The notes below the pieces were generated by a model. That model searched no databases. It was not told the origin of the DNA and saw only the letters and a program-made list of their open reading frames with translations. The translations under genes and the position numbers were made by a program. 35,105 nucleotides of DNA from Octopus bimaculoides (taxonomy: Eukaryota): contig NC_069000.1 in the NCBI RefSeq assembly GCF_001194135.2, positions 26,053,842-26,088,946 on the forward strand, given 5' to 3'. Below are positions 1 through 10,611 of this stretch, in pieces; position 1 is the first letter of the stretch, and every line of letters begins with the position of its first letter.

Positions 1-200
1 ATTTATATATTTGATCCTTTATATTGAACACTCAATATTTCATCTACATTCAATACTTTCTTTCATGGTGCCATCCATTTTTATTTTATTTTATTTCATA
101 TTATATATTGTATATTATATTATATATTGTATATTCCATATTCCATATTCTATACCCCACATTGGTTCTGCAGGAATATAAATAAAACATAAAAAACAGA
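1..200 (+). repeat. Dispersed repeat fragment, homologous to 13796-13940 (segment downstream of a PLE-type hammerhead)
   Basis: Shares motifs with 13805-13940: caatatttcat, acattcaatact, ccatattctataccccacatt vs ccacattctatatcccacatt, gaatataaataaaacataaaaa(a)cagag. Confidence 0.65.
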
Positions 201-347
201 GCTTATTTTAGTTTCCGTCTAAGAAACCCACTCACAAAGCTTTGGTCAGTCCGAGACTATAGTAGAAGGCACTTGCCCAGGGTGCCACGCAATGAGATTG
301 AACCTGGAACCGTGTAGTTATGAAGGAAATTTCTTACCACACAGCCA
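200..347 (-). mobile_element. tRNA-derived SINE family A (OR1/OR2-like CORE-type), 5' part
   Basis: Reverse complement reads tggctgtgtggtaagaa...gttccaggttcaatctcattgcgtggcaccctgggcaagtg...gacggaaactaaa; aligns with copies at 3106 and 12488. The family name is from recall. Confidence 0.85.
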
Positions 348-623
348 TACATACGTTACATACCAGACGGTAAACCAGTACAGATGATGTTCATAAGGAG
401 TAGAAAAATATAAACGAATGAAATGTATAAAGATATGGTGTGTTGAGTCTATATTTTTTTTTAAATGAGTCTTAGTAAATTCTGGTCGTTAAGCGTCAAA
501 GACTCATAAACAAAGCACTGATGGGTTTAAAGACGGTTTCTTAACTGTTCGGGTTGATTAAAACGGAAATCTCTTTCCAACTTGCTGTACACTTCTCTGA
601 AACAGTCTTCACAAGATTCTTGA

Positions 624-627
<4 letters not shown>

Positions 628-691
<64 letters not shown>

Positions 692-699
692 TCACACAG
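628..699. repeat. (CA)n microsatellite
   Basis: Direct reading. Confidence 0.95.
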
Positions 700-1694
700 C
701 CATAACGATGTGGAAGTTATTTATCAAATAAAATCCTTCCTTAATCCATAGCAACAAGGAAGATAAATAGTAGATTAAGGCCAAAGACATGAGTGCAGCA
801 GTATGTACGGCCTCTATATGCGTGAAAGTTACCTGTATTATATGTGTGTATCTGTCTGAGTAACAATATGCATGTGTGAGATTGTGTCTCTCTGTTTCTG
901 GATGTATGTGTGTGTAGGGGGTGCATGTGCGTGTGTGTGTGTGTGTGATGTACGCTATATGTGTCACAGTGTGCACGATTTATACGTGACTTATTTGTCT
1001 TAGTTTGTGTGTAAGTTTGTGCAAGTTTGTGAGTGTTTATTTGTTGTGCGTGTATGCATGTATTTGTAGATATGAATGTATGGTTTGTTTATTTGTCTTT
1101 GTGTTTATGTAATTATGATGTTTGCATATATGTGCGTGAGTGTATGTTGGCAGTAAAATTTCTGCGTAAAAGCACTGGTGCCAAGGAAAATAACTAAGGA
1201 GAATAAATGAGACAATAGCATTCGTATAAATAAGTGAAAGGTTGAATATCATATTTATAAATTTCTCAATGGCTTCAAATTTCCCTCTTAGTTGGAGAAA
1301 GAAAACAAAAGCTTCCGGCAATTGTCAGCAACTCTCAAAGAGAATGGGAGGCAATTTGAATGGTTTAATTTACATCCTTAGCGGAAAGAATGCGTAATCA
1401 GTTTGTAGACATGGAACAAAAGGTCTACTCGTTTAATTACATTTCCAGTAATTCTGTGGCAACAATAGTGGTGGTGGTGGCGGCGGCGGCGGCGGCGGNN
1501 NNNNNNNNNNNNNNNNNNNNNNNNNNNNNNNNNNNNNNNNNNNNNNNNNNNNNNNNNNNNNNNNNNNNNNNNNNNNNNNNNNNNNNNNNNNNNNNNNNNN
1601 NNNNNNNNNNNNNNNNNNNNNNNNNNNNNNNNNNNNNNNNNNNNNNNNNNNNNNNNNNNNNNNNNNNAAATTGTGAGGAAGGGGGCTAATCGAT

Positions 1695-2222
1695 TGAGTG
1701 AGAGAGCAGTGGATGCCATCAAAGTGACACTAGGGTAAAATATACGAAGCCCAATATACCCATCATGACTACCCGCCGGATAAGGGTACACCAGGCACAT
1801 GCATCACAACCATATGTGCGCGACATGGTGATCTCATATCAAGATAAACAGCGCATGACCTTGCAGGTGGGGCCCAGTTAGAATTTTCTTCAGGTCGGGT
1901 AGCCCAACCCGCTCAAAAGGTCCCTGAATAAGGTTTGTTTAAGGATGTTGAGCAAAACACCCATGTTTCCAAAGGTGAATTATTCAAACCCCAAAGAATT
2001 CCTCTCAGCACATGGCTATGATGTTCCCTCACTACTCCTGCTCATGATCAGAGATGTACGTATCGTCAGCCACTATGGGACATGCTCAACTGGCTAAGGT
2101 CAAACAACTGACAAGCAAATCTGTGGTACTGAGCAGAATATTTACTGTAGCCCATCTTTTATACCAAGACAAAACAATGTACATGATAACACTTCCAATC
2201 AATCAAGATCAGAAGCCATGAA
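1695..2222 (-). mobile_element. Unclassified interspersed repeat family C (about 530 bp), most complete copy
   Basis: Reverse complement aligns with 9913-10101 and 25241-25635 (tcatggcttctgatctt ... gggccccacctgcaaggtcatgcgctgtttatcttgatatgagatcaccatgtcgcg ... gcactgctctctcactc). Confidence 0.85.
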
Positions 2223-2371
2223 AAGGATTAAGAATGAAAAGATGGAGAGGAGTTAGAACGAATAGTAATAGTAGAAGAGGATAATAATAACAACAACGAT
2301 GATGATGGAAATAATGATGATCTTAATAATTACTGCATCCAGGCATATTATTATTATTATTATTACGTTAT

Positions 2372-2528
2372 CCTTAGCGGCGTTTCGACTGTCATTACGT
2401 TCTGAGTTCAAATTCCACCGAGGTTGACTTGGCCTTTCATCCCTTTCAGGGTTGATAAAATATGTAATCGACTAGTTCCCTCCTTCAAAATTTCAGGGCT
2501 CTGTGCCTATAGTAGAAAGGATTATTAT
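2372..2528 (+). mobile_element. tRNA-derived SINE family B, 5'-truncated with internal deletion
   Basis: ttacgttctgagttcaaattccaccgaggttgacttggcctttcatccc... ending gcctatagtagaaaggattattat; matches 4006-4177. Confidence 0.8.
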
Positions 2529-3047
2529 CATTGTTGTTATTGTGGTGTTATAATTATTAAGATCATCATTATTTCCATCATCATCGTTGTTGTTATTATT
2601 ATCCTCTTCTACTATTACTATTCGTTCTTACTCCTCTCCATCTTTTCATTCTTAATCCTTTTCATATTCCAAATTCATCTATTGCTGCTGCTGCTGCTGC
2701 TGCTGATAAGGCTACTAATACTTTATTCTTTTAATACTTTTTCTTCTCACTTCACTTCATTTTCTTCTCCATCGTCCAATCATCTTTCACTATTCAACTT
2801 GTTATTGCAACAATATTTAACAGCAGTGCCTGGTGCTGTTACCACAAGAATTAAAGCAACTGCAGCTGCCCTTGATGATGATATTGCTACAAATGCCATT
2901 GTTCTGCAGCAGCAGTAACTATATTTAACACAGTTATAGCTTATGAGATATTGCTGTCAGTAAGTGCAAGTAGCCATACTAAGTGTTACGCATTGATACA
3001 GAGTCTTTCGCCTATTTTCTCTCCTTATATATATATATATATATATA

Positions 3048-3049
<2 letters not shown>

Positions 3050-3091
<42 letters not shown>

Positions 3092-3105
3092 TGTGTGTGT
3101 GTGTA
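3050..3105. repeat. (TG)n microsatellite, preceded by (TA)n
   Basis: Direct reading. Confidence 0.9.
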
Positions 3106-3283
3106 TAGGCGCAGGAGTGGCTGTGCGGTAAGTAGCTTGCTTACCAGCCACACGGTTCTGGGTTCAGTCCCACTGCGTGGCACCTTGGGCAAGTGTCATC
3201 TACTATAGCCTCGGGCTGACCAAAGCCTTGTGAGTGGATTTGGTAGACGGAAACTGAAAGAAGCCTGTCGTATATGTATATAT
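3106..3283 (+). mobile_element. SINE family A, well-preserved 5' half running into an N-gap
   Basis: A-box-like tggctgtgcgg, B-box-like ggttcagtcc, CORE-like gcgtggcaccttgggcaagtg, then ggtagacggaaactgaaagaagcc. Confidence 0.9.
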
Positions 3284-3526
3284 NNNNNNNNNNNNNNNNN
3301 NNNNNNNNNNNNNNNNNNNNNNNNNNNNNNNNNNNNNNNNNNNNNNNNNNNNNNNNNNNNNNNNNNNNNNNNNNNNNNNNNNNNNNNNNNNNNNNNNNNN
3401 NNNNNNNNNNNNNNNNNNNNNNNNNNNNNNNNNNNNNNNNNNNNNNNNNNNNNNNNNNNNNNNNNNNNNNNNNNNNNNNNNNNNNNNNNNNNNNNNNNNN
3501 NNNNNNNNNNNNNNNNNNNNATATAT

Positions 3527-3892
3527 ATATGGCACAGGTGTGGATGTGTGCAAGGAAGCTTGCGTCCCAACTAACATGGTTCCGGGTTCAGTACCATTGC
3601 ATGGCACCTTAACTAAGTGTCTTCTACTATAGCATTGGGCCGACCAAAGCCTTGTGAGCGGATTTCATAGACGGAAACTAAAAGAAGCCCGTCAAATATA
3701 CATTTGTGTGGGAGGATGTCTTTGTGTCTGTGTTTGTCTCCCACTATCACTTGGCAACCGGTGTTGGTGTGTTTACGACCTTGTAACATAGCTGTTCGGC
3801 AAAGGGACCCGATAGAATAAATATCAGGTTTTACAAAAAAAAAATAAGTAATGAGGTTGACTTGTTCGACTAAAATACCTCAAGACACGGCC
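3527..3892 (+). mobile_element. SINE family A, near full-length diverged copy
   Basis: Head (ggttccgggttcagtacc), CORE-like block, middle (gttcggcaaagggacccgatagaataa) and 3' part (ttgttcgactaaaa...ggccgcaatctaa); collinear with 12488-12876. Confidence 0.85.
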
Positions 3893-4005
3893 GCAATCTA
3901 ACAAAAAATAAAAAACGTCGCGAGGAAGTAGTCTCTAACCAAGTCTCCAGTAATGGAATATGTTAATCACTTGAATGATATACTATTACAATATGTATAC
4001 ACACT

Positions 4006-4177
4006 GGAAGGCGGCGAGCGAAATGCTTAGCGGTATTTCGTCTGTCTTTACGTTCTGAGTTCAAATTCCGCCGAGGTCGACTTTGCCTTTCATCCTTTCG
4101 GGGTCGATAAATTAAGTACCAGTTGCGTACTGGTTCGACCTAATCGACTACCCCCTCCCCCAAAAGAGTAGAAAAGA
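4006..4177 (+). mobile_element. SINE family B copy with internal deletions
   Basis: gaaggcggcgagcgaaatgcttagcggtatttcg...gttcaaattccgccgaggtcgactttgcctttcatcctttcggggtcgataaattaagtacc. Confidence 0.85.
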
Positions 4178-4329
4178 AAGTGTATGCACACTTAGTTATT
4201 ATGCGTGTGTGCATATGCACGCGTGTGTATGCATGTATGTGTACATATTTCTATTTTATGTGTATGCACGGAACTTTTTTATTTGCCACATGAAGCTTCG
4301 ATGGTGCTGAATTCTCTATCACATACGCG

Positions 4330-4429
4330 CACACACACACGAAGACCACACACACACGAAGAGCACACACACACACGAAGAGCACACACACACGAAGAGC
4401 ACACACATGAACAACACACACATGAATAA

Positions 4430-4461
<32 letters not shown>

Positions 4462-4462
4462 T
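4330..4462. repeat. Minisatellite with 15-17 bp units, (CA)4-5 plus CGAAGAG, decaying into (CA)n
   Basis: cacacacacgaagag repeated about 4 times, then cacacacatgaacaa and cacacacatgaataa. Confidence 0.85.
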
Positions 4463-4560
4463 ACATACACATAGATACGCAAACAGGCATGCCCCATACA
4501 TGCGTGTATAGGCATACATAGATATATAAACACCCTCATGCTTACATACATACATACATC

Positions 4561-6249
4561 TTGAAATTAAACACAAGGAGTAACTGTATTATCACTGATA
4601 GAATACAGTATCGCAGAGGCATATTTGTGATATTTATATTTTCTGTAAACCCCTTGTCATTCATGTTAAAGAAGTCTGAAGGATATCTCACTGGTTCACA
4701 AGGAAACAGAAATTCCAAAATTACACACTGTTTCTTTGCAGATGACTTGAAACTATATGCAAAGAACATACATGAGATGAAAAAGAGGCTTGACCTAGCT
4801 ACAGCATTCTCAAAGGATGTAGGGCTGGAAGGAGAAATATTGCTATATGGTTGTGAAAAGAAGGAAAACTGTAAACCAGACTAGCAACATCTCCATGAAT
4901 GACTGTTTCCTCTATATCTGATGAGGAATGTTACGGGTATCTAGGGATGGATGAAAATATATCTTACAATGGCACCTGTAACAAAACACGTGTCACTAAA
5001 GAATATTACAGCCGAATAAAGAAAATTTGAACCTCGCAACTCTCTGCATTCAATGAAACAGTAGCCTACAAAGTGTTTGCAGCGCCAATACTCATACAAA
5101 CATTTGAGCTGCGTGATTGGACGCTTGATGAAATCCGAGCCATTGATGTGAAAACCCGGAAGATACTAAACAAGCACACATAATTTCCACATCAACAATA
5201 ATGTAGACTGCCTCTACCTAAATCAAAAGCAAGGCAGCGGAGGCTTAACATCGATTCAAACTGCCTTCGAATGTCGTATCATATCCCTTCGGCCACATCT
5301 TTTAACCATTAAATGTCGAAGTGCATCTCTTGACCAAGTTTGCATACATGAGGCTGATAACACCATAAGACTTGGAAGGCAATTCCTTGAGCAGCAGTTC
5401 TTGTCTGATAACTTTAAATACATGCCCAAAGAAGTCGCATGACTCTACTGCATTATATCATCAGATGAAAGGATGGGCGTATATGAGCAGAAGACCATGC
5501 ATGGATATGCTAATAGAAAGCTTCAGGATGATAGTAACATTGATCATCAAAGCAGTCTATCATGGGCCAACAACCAGATTACTATCTCCCACTTTGAAGG
5601 ATATGCGTTTGCAATCCACGAACAGGAAATATCAACTAAATACCTGATGCACATAAAGGACAGAGATGCAGAAAAAGCAATGAAATGTGACAACCGATGC
5701 TGACTTTGTGGAATTAACACCGAAGATATCTCCCACATCATAAGCAGTTGTCCGAAAATATCATTACGGTATTATCTACCAATGAGATATGATGCTGTAG
5801 CTAGGACACTATGTAATGAAATCCGTCGGAAGAATAATCCCAAAGACAAAGAAATAAGACCCCTCAGTGTGATAGAAGCTATAGCCACTCATAATAAAAA
5901 GGAGCACTGGTGGAATGTCCCAGTGAAAACCTCAATAAAAGGTAAACACAATAGAGCTGGTGTAATAATTTGGGATAGAGAAGAGAAACTGTGTACAGTT
6001 ATGGAAATCAGCAGAATTTATCATAAAGGTAAAGATCAGTGAAAGAGAGAATGCCTACGCTGAACTATTGAGAAATCTGTAGTTACTCTATCCAAATTAC
6101 AAGTTCAGGTTTGTACCTATAGTTATTGGGGCACTAAGATATGTAACACACTAAATGTCAGAAAGAGAAAGCTGATTCGAAGACTACAGATCCAGTCCAT
6201 CACAGGAATTGTATAAATCTGTAAAACTTTCCAAAAGTTTATCATTTAA
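4561..6249 (+). pseudogene. Disrupted RT - zinc knuckle - restriction-like endonuclease ORF of the R4-like element
   Basis: ORF-track pieces 4561-4884, 5473-5703 and 5782-6042 join across frameshifts and stops; the QGD motif is deleted and the RLE PD is changed to AG. Confidence 0.85.
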
Positions 6250-6353
6250 GTATATATGAGCATGTTTAGTTATGCAACTATATACATGAAAATACATGCA
6301 TAAAACAAAACATTATTTACGATGGAGGGATAGGTGTCCTCACCTTGTATGTT

Positions 6354-6399
6354 GTTATCACATTTCGGCTGATGTATTTTCCAGCTTTCATCAGGTGTT
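6354..6399 (-). ncRNA. Degenerate minimal type-I hammerhead ribozyme in the PLE pLTR
   Basis: Minus strand: aacac CTGATGA a agctg gaaaatacat cagcc GAAA tgtg ataac. The core is intact; the stem II closing pair and stem III are mutated. Confidence 0.6.
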
Positions 6400-6502
6400 C
6401 TGGAGGAATTACGAATCCAACCCGTTATTTGACTAATGGGGTGCACTGTTCTCATTCCTAATGTATGTTGCTGATGTTATTTTTCAGTTGATATTATTTT
6501 TC

Positions 6503-6573
6503 AAGTCTGGGAGTGAACTTAGAATCCGAGAGTTAGTAGCGCACGCTCTTATCCATTATGATATATATCCGCG
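6503..6573 (-). mobile_element. Possible tRNA(Arg)-like SINE head, degenerate
   Basis: Minus strand: gcggatatatatcataatggataagagcgtgcgctactaactctcggattctaagttcactccc, with A-box-like tatcataatgg and B-box-like gttcactccc. It does not form a good cloverleaf. Confidence 0.35.
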
Positions 6574-6688
6574 GGCAATTACTAAGTGAATTTTAGGACT
6601 TATAAATCTAGCATTTCATTTTTTCTTAATACTGGTTCCTATATAACATTCATATCTGCACTAGGTCAGCTTAGGAGGTTATTGTGTC

Positions 6689-7186
6689 CTAGTATATGTA
6701 TATATGTGTAGCCTCTTTTAATTTTCGAATTTTCCAGTGGTGTTCTCTATCGATTATTTTAACTTCATCCCATAGTGGGAGGTGGTCTCCGCTTTTCCAT
6801 ACATGATCGGCTATACCCGATTTTTCAACATCTCTTATCACAGCTTTACGATGTTCCTCTACCCTTACTTTAAGGGGGCAGTATGCTTCGCTTTTGTATA
6901 ACCTACCACAACTGCGTGGGATAGAGTACACGCAGTTTGGGGTCATATTCTCTTCTATGGGTGGTTTTACTCGAAGATATATGCCAAATGTTGTATTACT
7001 TCTGAATACTGTCCTAACGTCATATGAACCGCGTATCTTTTGTATCTTTTCTGAGGGGCCTTTGACATTGGGTAGACAGACTGTGTTCAGTTTATGGGTT
7101 TCATCCACTCTCCTCTCCCTAATTGGAGTGGATAGTTTGTTTTTTGGGTAGTTGTTGCATAGCAGATTCTTTCTTAGCTTGATCAT
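6689..7186 (-). pseudogene. PLE GIY-YIG endonuclease domain with preceding linker
   Basis: NCVYSIPRSCGRLY..E...LKVRVEEH...KSGIADHVW..GDH..LWDEVKIIDRE..W..RKLKEA.H is typical of Penelope-type GIY-YIG. Confidence 0.9.
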
Positions 7187-7406
7187 TTCTTCCTGATTTG
7201 TATTAGGATCGCTACTTGTAGTCTTTGCTCGATGTTTTAGGCACTGAGCAATCCCTCTCTTTATACTGTATGGATGGTGAGAACTGAAGTTGAGGTATTG
7301 TCCAGTGAAGGTTGGTTTGCGGTATACGGATGTAAATAATGTACATAATTCTTCACTTCAAAAATATAGAATAGTACTATAAACCAAAACATACAAATCT
7401 GAACAT

Positions 7407-7455
7407 ATACATACATACATACATACATACATACAGATATACATACATACATACA

Positions 7456-7487
<32 letters not shown>

Positions 7488-7615
7488 AAAATACCCTGTT
7501 GATGTTGTTGAAATTTCAATGAAGGAACCTTGGATCTAGGTTAGAAACTTGTTCTTTCTCTATTGGCAAGAAATCTTGAAATAAAACTAAATAATGACAT
7601 ACATACATACATACA

Positions 7616-7644
<29 letters not shown>
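7407..7644. repeat. Two (CATA)n tracts (7407-7484 and 7598-7644) flanking the terminal part of the R4-like 3' UTR
   Basis: Direct reading. Confidence 0.9.
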
Positions 7645-7646
<2 letters not shown>

Positions 7647-7818
7647 GTATATCAGGCGGCTTTTAAGTTAGTATATAGCTTTTAAGCAACTAACCCTGAA
7701 TGAGAATATCTGCAAACAGATTTCTGACTTGTTTTGGAGAATTTGTAGCAATTGCTTCCTCCAGAGTCATATCCCAATGATAATCATATTCGTCGCAAAA
7801 AAAAATCATGTAAAAAAA

Positions 7819-8027
7819 ATCGCCGAAAACAATAGCAGTAATGAAAATATGGGAATCCAAAATTTCTAGATTGCGGGTCTGGATTCGGCCCGGAATGTTT
7901 TTAATTTACTCACAGTTAGCCTTTAGATTATGAAAATTGTTATCGTACAAAAAAATTTATCGCAAAAAGTCACGTAAATAAATCGACGAAAACAATCACA
8001 GTAATGAAAACTTGGGAATCCAAACTC
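7819..8027 (+). repeat. Imperfect 46-bp direct repeat pair (7819-7864 and 7982-8027)
   Basis: atcgccgaaaacaatagcagtaatgaaaatatgggaatccaaa vs atcgacgaaaacaatcacagtaatgaaaacttgggaatccaaa. Confidence 0.75.
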
Positions 8028-8169
8028 AAAATATGAGTATATGTATACTTGTACTAATATTTAACAAAAGTAACAGAGTGACTCAAGTTCCGAGAGCTTC
8101 GTGCGTTGGCGCTTATCAAATTTCTGCTAAATATTAATAAATAAATATATATATACATATGTATATGTA

Positions 8170-9020
8170 TGGATGTACGTATGTATGTATGTATGTATGT
8201 ATGTATGTATGTNNNNNNNNNNNNNNNNNNNNNNNNNNNNNNNNNNNNNNNNNNNNNNNNNNNNNNNNNNNNNNNNNNNNNNNNNNNNNNNNNNNNNNNN
8301 NNNNNNNNNNNNNNNNNNNNNNNNNNNNNNNNNNNNNNNNNNNNNNNNNNNNNNNNNNNNNNNNNNNNNNNNNNNNNNNNNNNNNNNNNNNNNNNNNNNN
8401 NNNNNNNNNNNNNNNNNNNNNNNNNNNNNNNNNNNNNNNNNNNNNNNNNNNNNNNNNNNNNNNNNNNNNNNNNNNNNNNNNNNNNNNNNNNNNNNNNNNN
8501 NNNNNNNNNNNNNNNNNNNNNNNNNNNNNNNNNNNNNNNNNNNNNNNNNNNNNNNNNNNNNNNNNNNNNNNNNNNNNNNNNNNNNNNNNNNNNNNNNNNN
8601 NNNNNNNNNNNNNNNNNNNNNNNNNNNNNNNNNNNNNNNNNNNNNNNNNNNNNNNNNNNNNNNNNNNNNNNNNNNNNNNNNNNNNNNNNNNNNNNNNNNN
8701 NNNNNNNNNNNNNNNNNNNNNNNNNNNNNNNNNNNNNNNNNNNNNNNNNNNNNNNNNNNNNNNNNNNNNNNNNNNNNNNNNNNNNNNNNNNNNNNNNNNN
8801 NNNNNNNNNNNNNNNNNNNNNNNNNNNNNNNNNNNNNNNNNNNNNNNNNNNNNNNNNNNNNNNNNNNNNNNNNNNNNNNNNNNNNNNNNNNNNNNNNNNN
8901 NNNNNNNNNNNNNNNNNNNNNNNNNNNNNNNNNNNNNNNNNNNNNNNNNNNNNNNNNNNNNNNNNNNNNNNNNNNNNNNNNNNNNNNNNNNNNNNNNNNN
9001 NNNNNNNNNNNNNNNNNNNN

Positions 9021-9055
<35 letters not shown>

Positions 9056-9066
9056 TGTATGTATGC
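8170..9066. repeat. (TATG)n microsatellite spanning an approximately 800-N gap
   Basis: TATG tracts on both sides of the gap. Confidence 0.85.
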
Positions 9067-9099
9067 ATGGTGTGTGTGTTATTGTGTTTATATCCTCGA

Positions 9100-9205
9100 A
9101 GCTTAACTGTTCGATAAAAGAGACCGAAATATTAAGTAACGGACTTAAAAGGTAAGGCCTGAGGTCGACTCTGACTAAAATTCTTTAGGGTGATGCCCCA
9201 ACATA
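9100..9205 (+). mobile_element. SINE family A 3' fragment, diverged
   Basis: ctgttcgataaaagagaccgaaatattaagta...gaggtcgactctgactaaaa...gtgatgccccaacat resembles the family A 3' half. Confidence 0.55.
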
Positions 9206-9316
9206 TCTAATGTTTTTAAAGAATTTAAATAACGTTTTCCTATATTTTTCTAGCTCTACGCCGGAAGGGTTAAGCTGGGTGAATAATGCGTTATTCCTGT
9301 ATAGACTTCCACCTAT

Positions 9317-9742
9317 TTTAAGTTCATATGAAATAATTGACTGGTTTGACAAAATCACAACAAAAAAACAAACATACAGATATCCAACTACTACACCTCT
9401 ATTAACCCAATCCTCATAAACAAACACTTATATTCGCAACGATATTTTGAGAAATTCCTACTATATCAGTTACTTGGGTGGAGTCAGTCGAACCCATTGT
9501 TCTGCCAAACATATCCGGCCAATCTTTTCTTAACAGTTGTTTCCCTTGAATTTAATAATTGATTTTCTAGCAGCTAATATTACATCAACTTCTTCCCTAA
9601 TTAGCTCAGAGTTTTATCGTTGCGAATATAAGTGTTTGTTTATGAGGATTGGGTTAATAGAGGTGTAGTAGTTGGATATCTGTATGTTTGTTTCTTTGTT
9701 GTGATTTTGTCAAACCAGTCAATTATTTCATATGAACTTAAA
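9317..9742 (-). mobile_element. Fold-back PLE reverse transcriptase fragment: 128-bp inverted repeats (9317-9444 and 9615-9742) around a 170-bp spacer
   Basis: Arms are reverse complements with one mismatch found by eye. Minus strand 9742 to 9445 translates, with frameshifts and stops, to SSYEIIDWFDKI..K / IQISNYYTSI..ILINK / ELIREEVDVILAARKSII / DMFGRTMGSTDSTQVTDIVGI, resembling the PLE RT motifs WF..I, fYPSI and FDVTMGSxDGAEVCELVG. Confidence 0.75.
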
Positions 9743-9792
9743 GCAAACATTTAGTATTATATTGCTCATAAAAAAGGTATTTTTCGATGTTA

Positions 9793-9850
<58 letters not shown>

Positions 9851-9905
9851 CATCATCATTATCATTGTCGTTGTCATTGTTGTTGTTGTTATTATTATTA
9901 TTATT
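9793..9905. repeat. (ATT)n compound microsatellite
   Basis: Direct reading. Confidence 0.9.
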
Positions 9906-9912
9906 AGCCAGG

Positions 9913-10101
9913 TCACTGCTTCGGCCCCACCTGCGAGGTCATGCGCTGTTTATCTTGATATGAGATCACCATGTCGCGCACATATGGCTGTGCTGCACGT
10001 GCCTGGTGTACCCTTATCAGACGGGTAGTTATGATGGGTATAATGGGCTTCGTATATTTTACTCCAGTGTTACTTTGATAGCATGCACTGCTCTCTCACT
10101 C
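9913..10101 (+). mobile_element. Repeat family C, 3' part ending in an (AAT)n tract
   Basis: ggccccacctgcgaggtcatgcgctgtttatcttgatatgagatcacc...gcactgctctctcactc followed directly by (AAT)n. Confidence 0.85.
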
Positions 10102-10368
<267 letters not shown>

Positions 10369-10469
10369 AATAGTATTGTTTGTGGATTTTGGCTGAGTGA
10401 CTTTCAAAAGTTCTCAATGCCTCGACGCCATGTTAATGTATGTATGTATGTATGCATGTTGTACACAGC

Positions 10470-10611
10470 AGACTGATTTCAGTTTCCTTCTACTCACAAG
10501 GCTTTGGTCGGTGTGGAGCTATAGAAGAAGAAACCCGCCCAAGGTGCCACGCAGTGGAATGAACTGGGGAACCATGTGGTTGGGGAGCAACCTTCCTGCC
10601 ACACCGCCACC
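10470..10611 (-). mobile_element. SINE family A, 5' part
   Basis: ttcagtttcc...ctcacaaggctttggtcgg...cccaaggtgccacgcagtggaatgaac. Confidence 0.8.

Larger units (their letters stand above)
6314..7378 (-). mobile_element. Penelope-like element, 5'-truncated: RT C-terminus, GIY-YIG endonuclease and pseudo-LTR, with an inverted pLTR tail at 7331-7372
   Basis: GIY-YIG ORF 6689-7186; RT thumb remnant near 7200-7330; pLTR 6314-6470 matches 10228-10370; flanked by ataaaacaaaacat (6300-6313) and ataaaccaaaacat (7379-7392). Confidence 0.85.
4561..7597 (+). mobile_element. R4/Dong-clade RLE non-LTR retrotransposon, 5'-truncated and decayed, 3' UTR interrupted by a PLE
   Basis: RT motifs FSVNPLSFML and ITHCFFADDLKLY, W-TLDEIRAIDVKTRKIL, LYL..KQG.GGL; CCHC knuckle C*LCG...SHIISSC; RYD (RHD-like); RLE region HNRAGVIIWD...VMEIS; FVPIVIGAL. 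The 3' UTR resumes at 7380 after a duplicated 14-mer. The extent to 7597 is partly from recall of this Octopus repeat. Confidence 0.8.

Noticed and set aside
518-575. CTGATGG...GGAAA hammerhead-like motif
   Set aside because: A9 is missing, there is no stem III or UH triplet after GAAA, and there is no stem I partner.
4330-4430. Repeat-spacer-like pattern suggesting a CRISPR array
   Set aside because: The units are 15-17 bp microsatellite derivatives with no unique spacers, in a eukaryotic context.
554-4576. Many 60-160 aa ORFs (THTH, CVCV, YIYI, poly-I/L) here and throughout the window
   Set aside because: They are translations of microsatellites or run through N-gaps, with no domain signal.
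9317-9742. MITE with a TTAA TSD (piggyBac or Kolobok type)
   Set aside because: The termini would be GT...AC rather than the usual CC/CA or RR ends, and the arm plus spacer translate as continuous PLE RT. It is kept as a fold-back unless other copies with the same ends are found.
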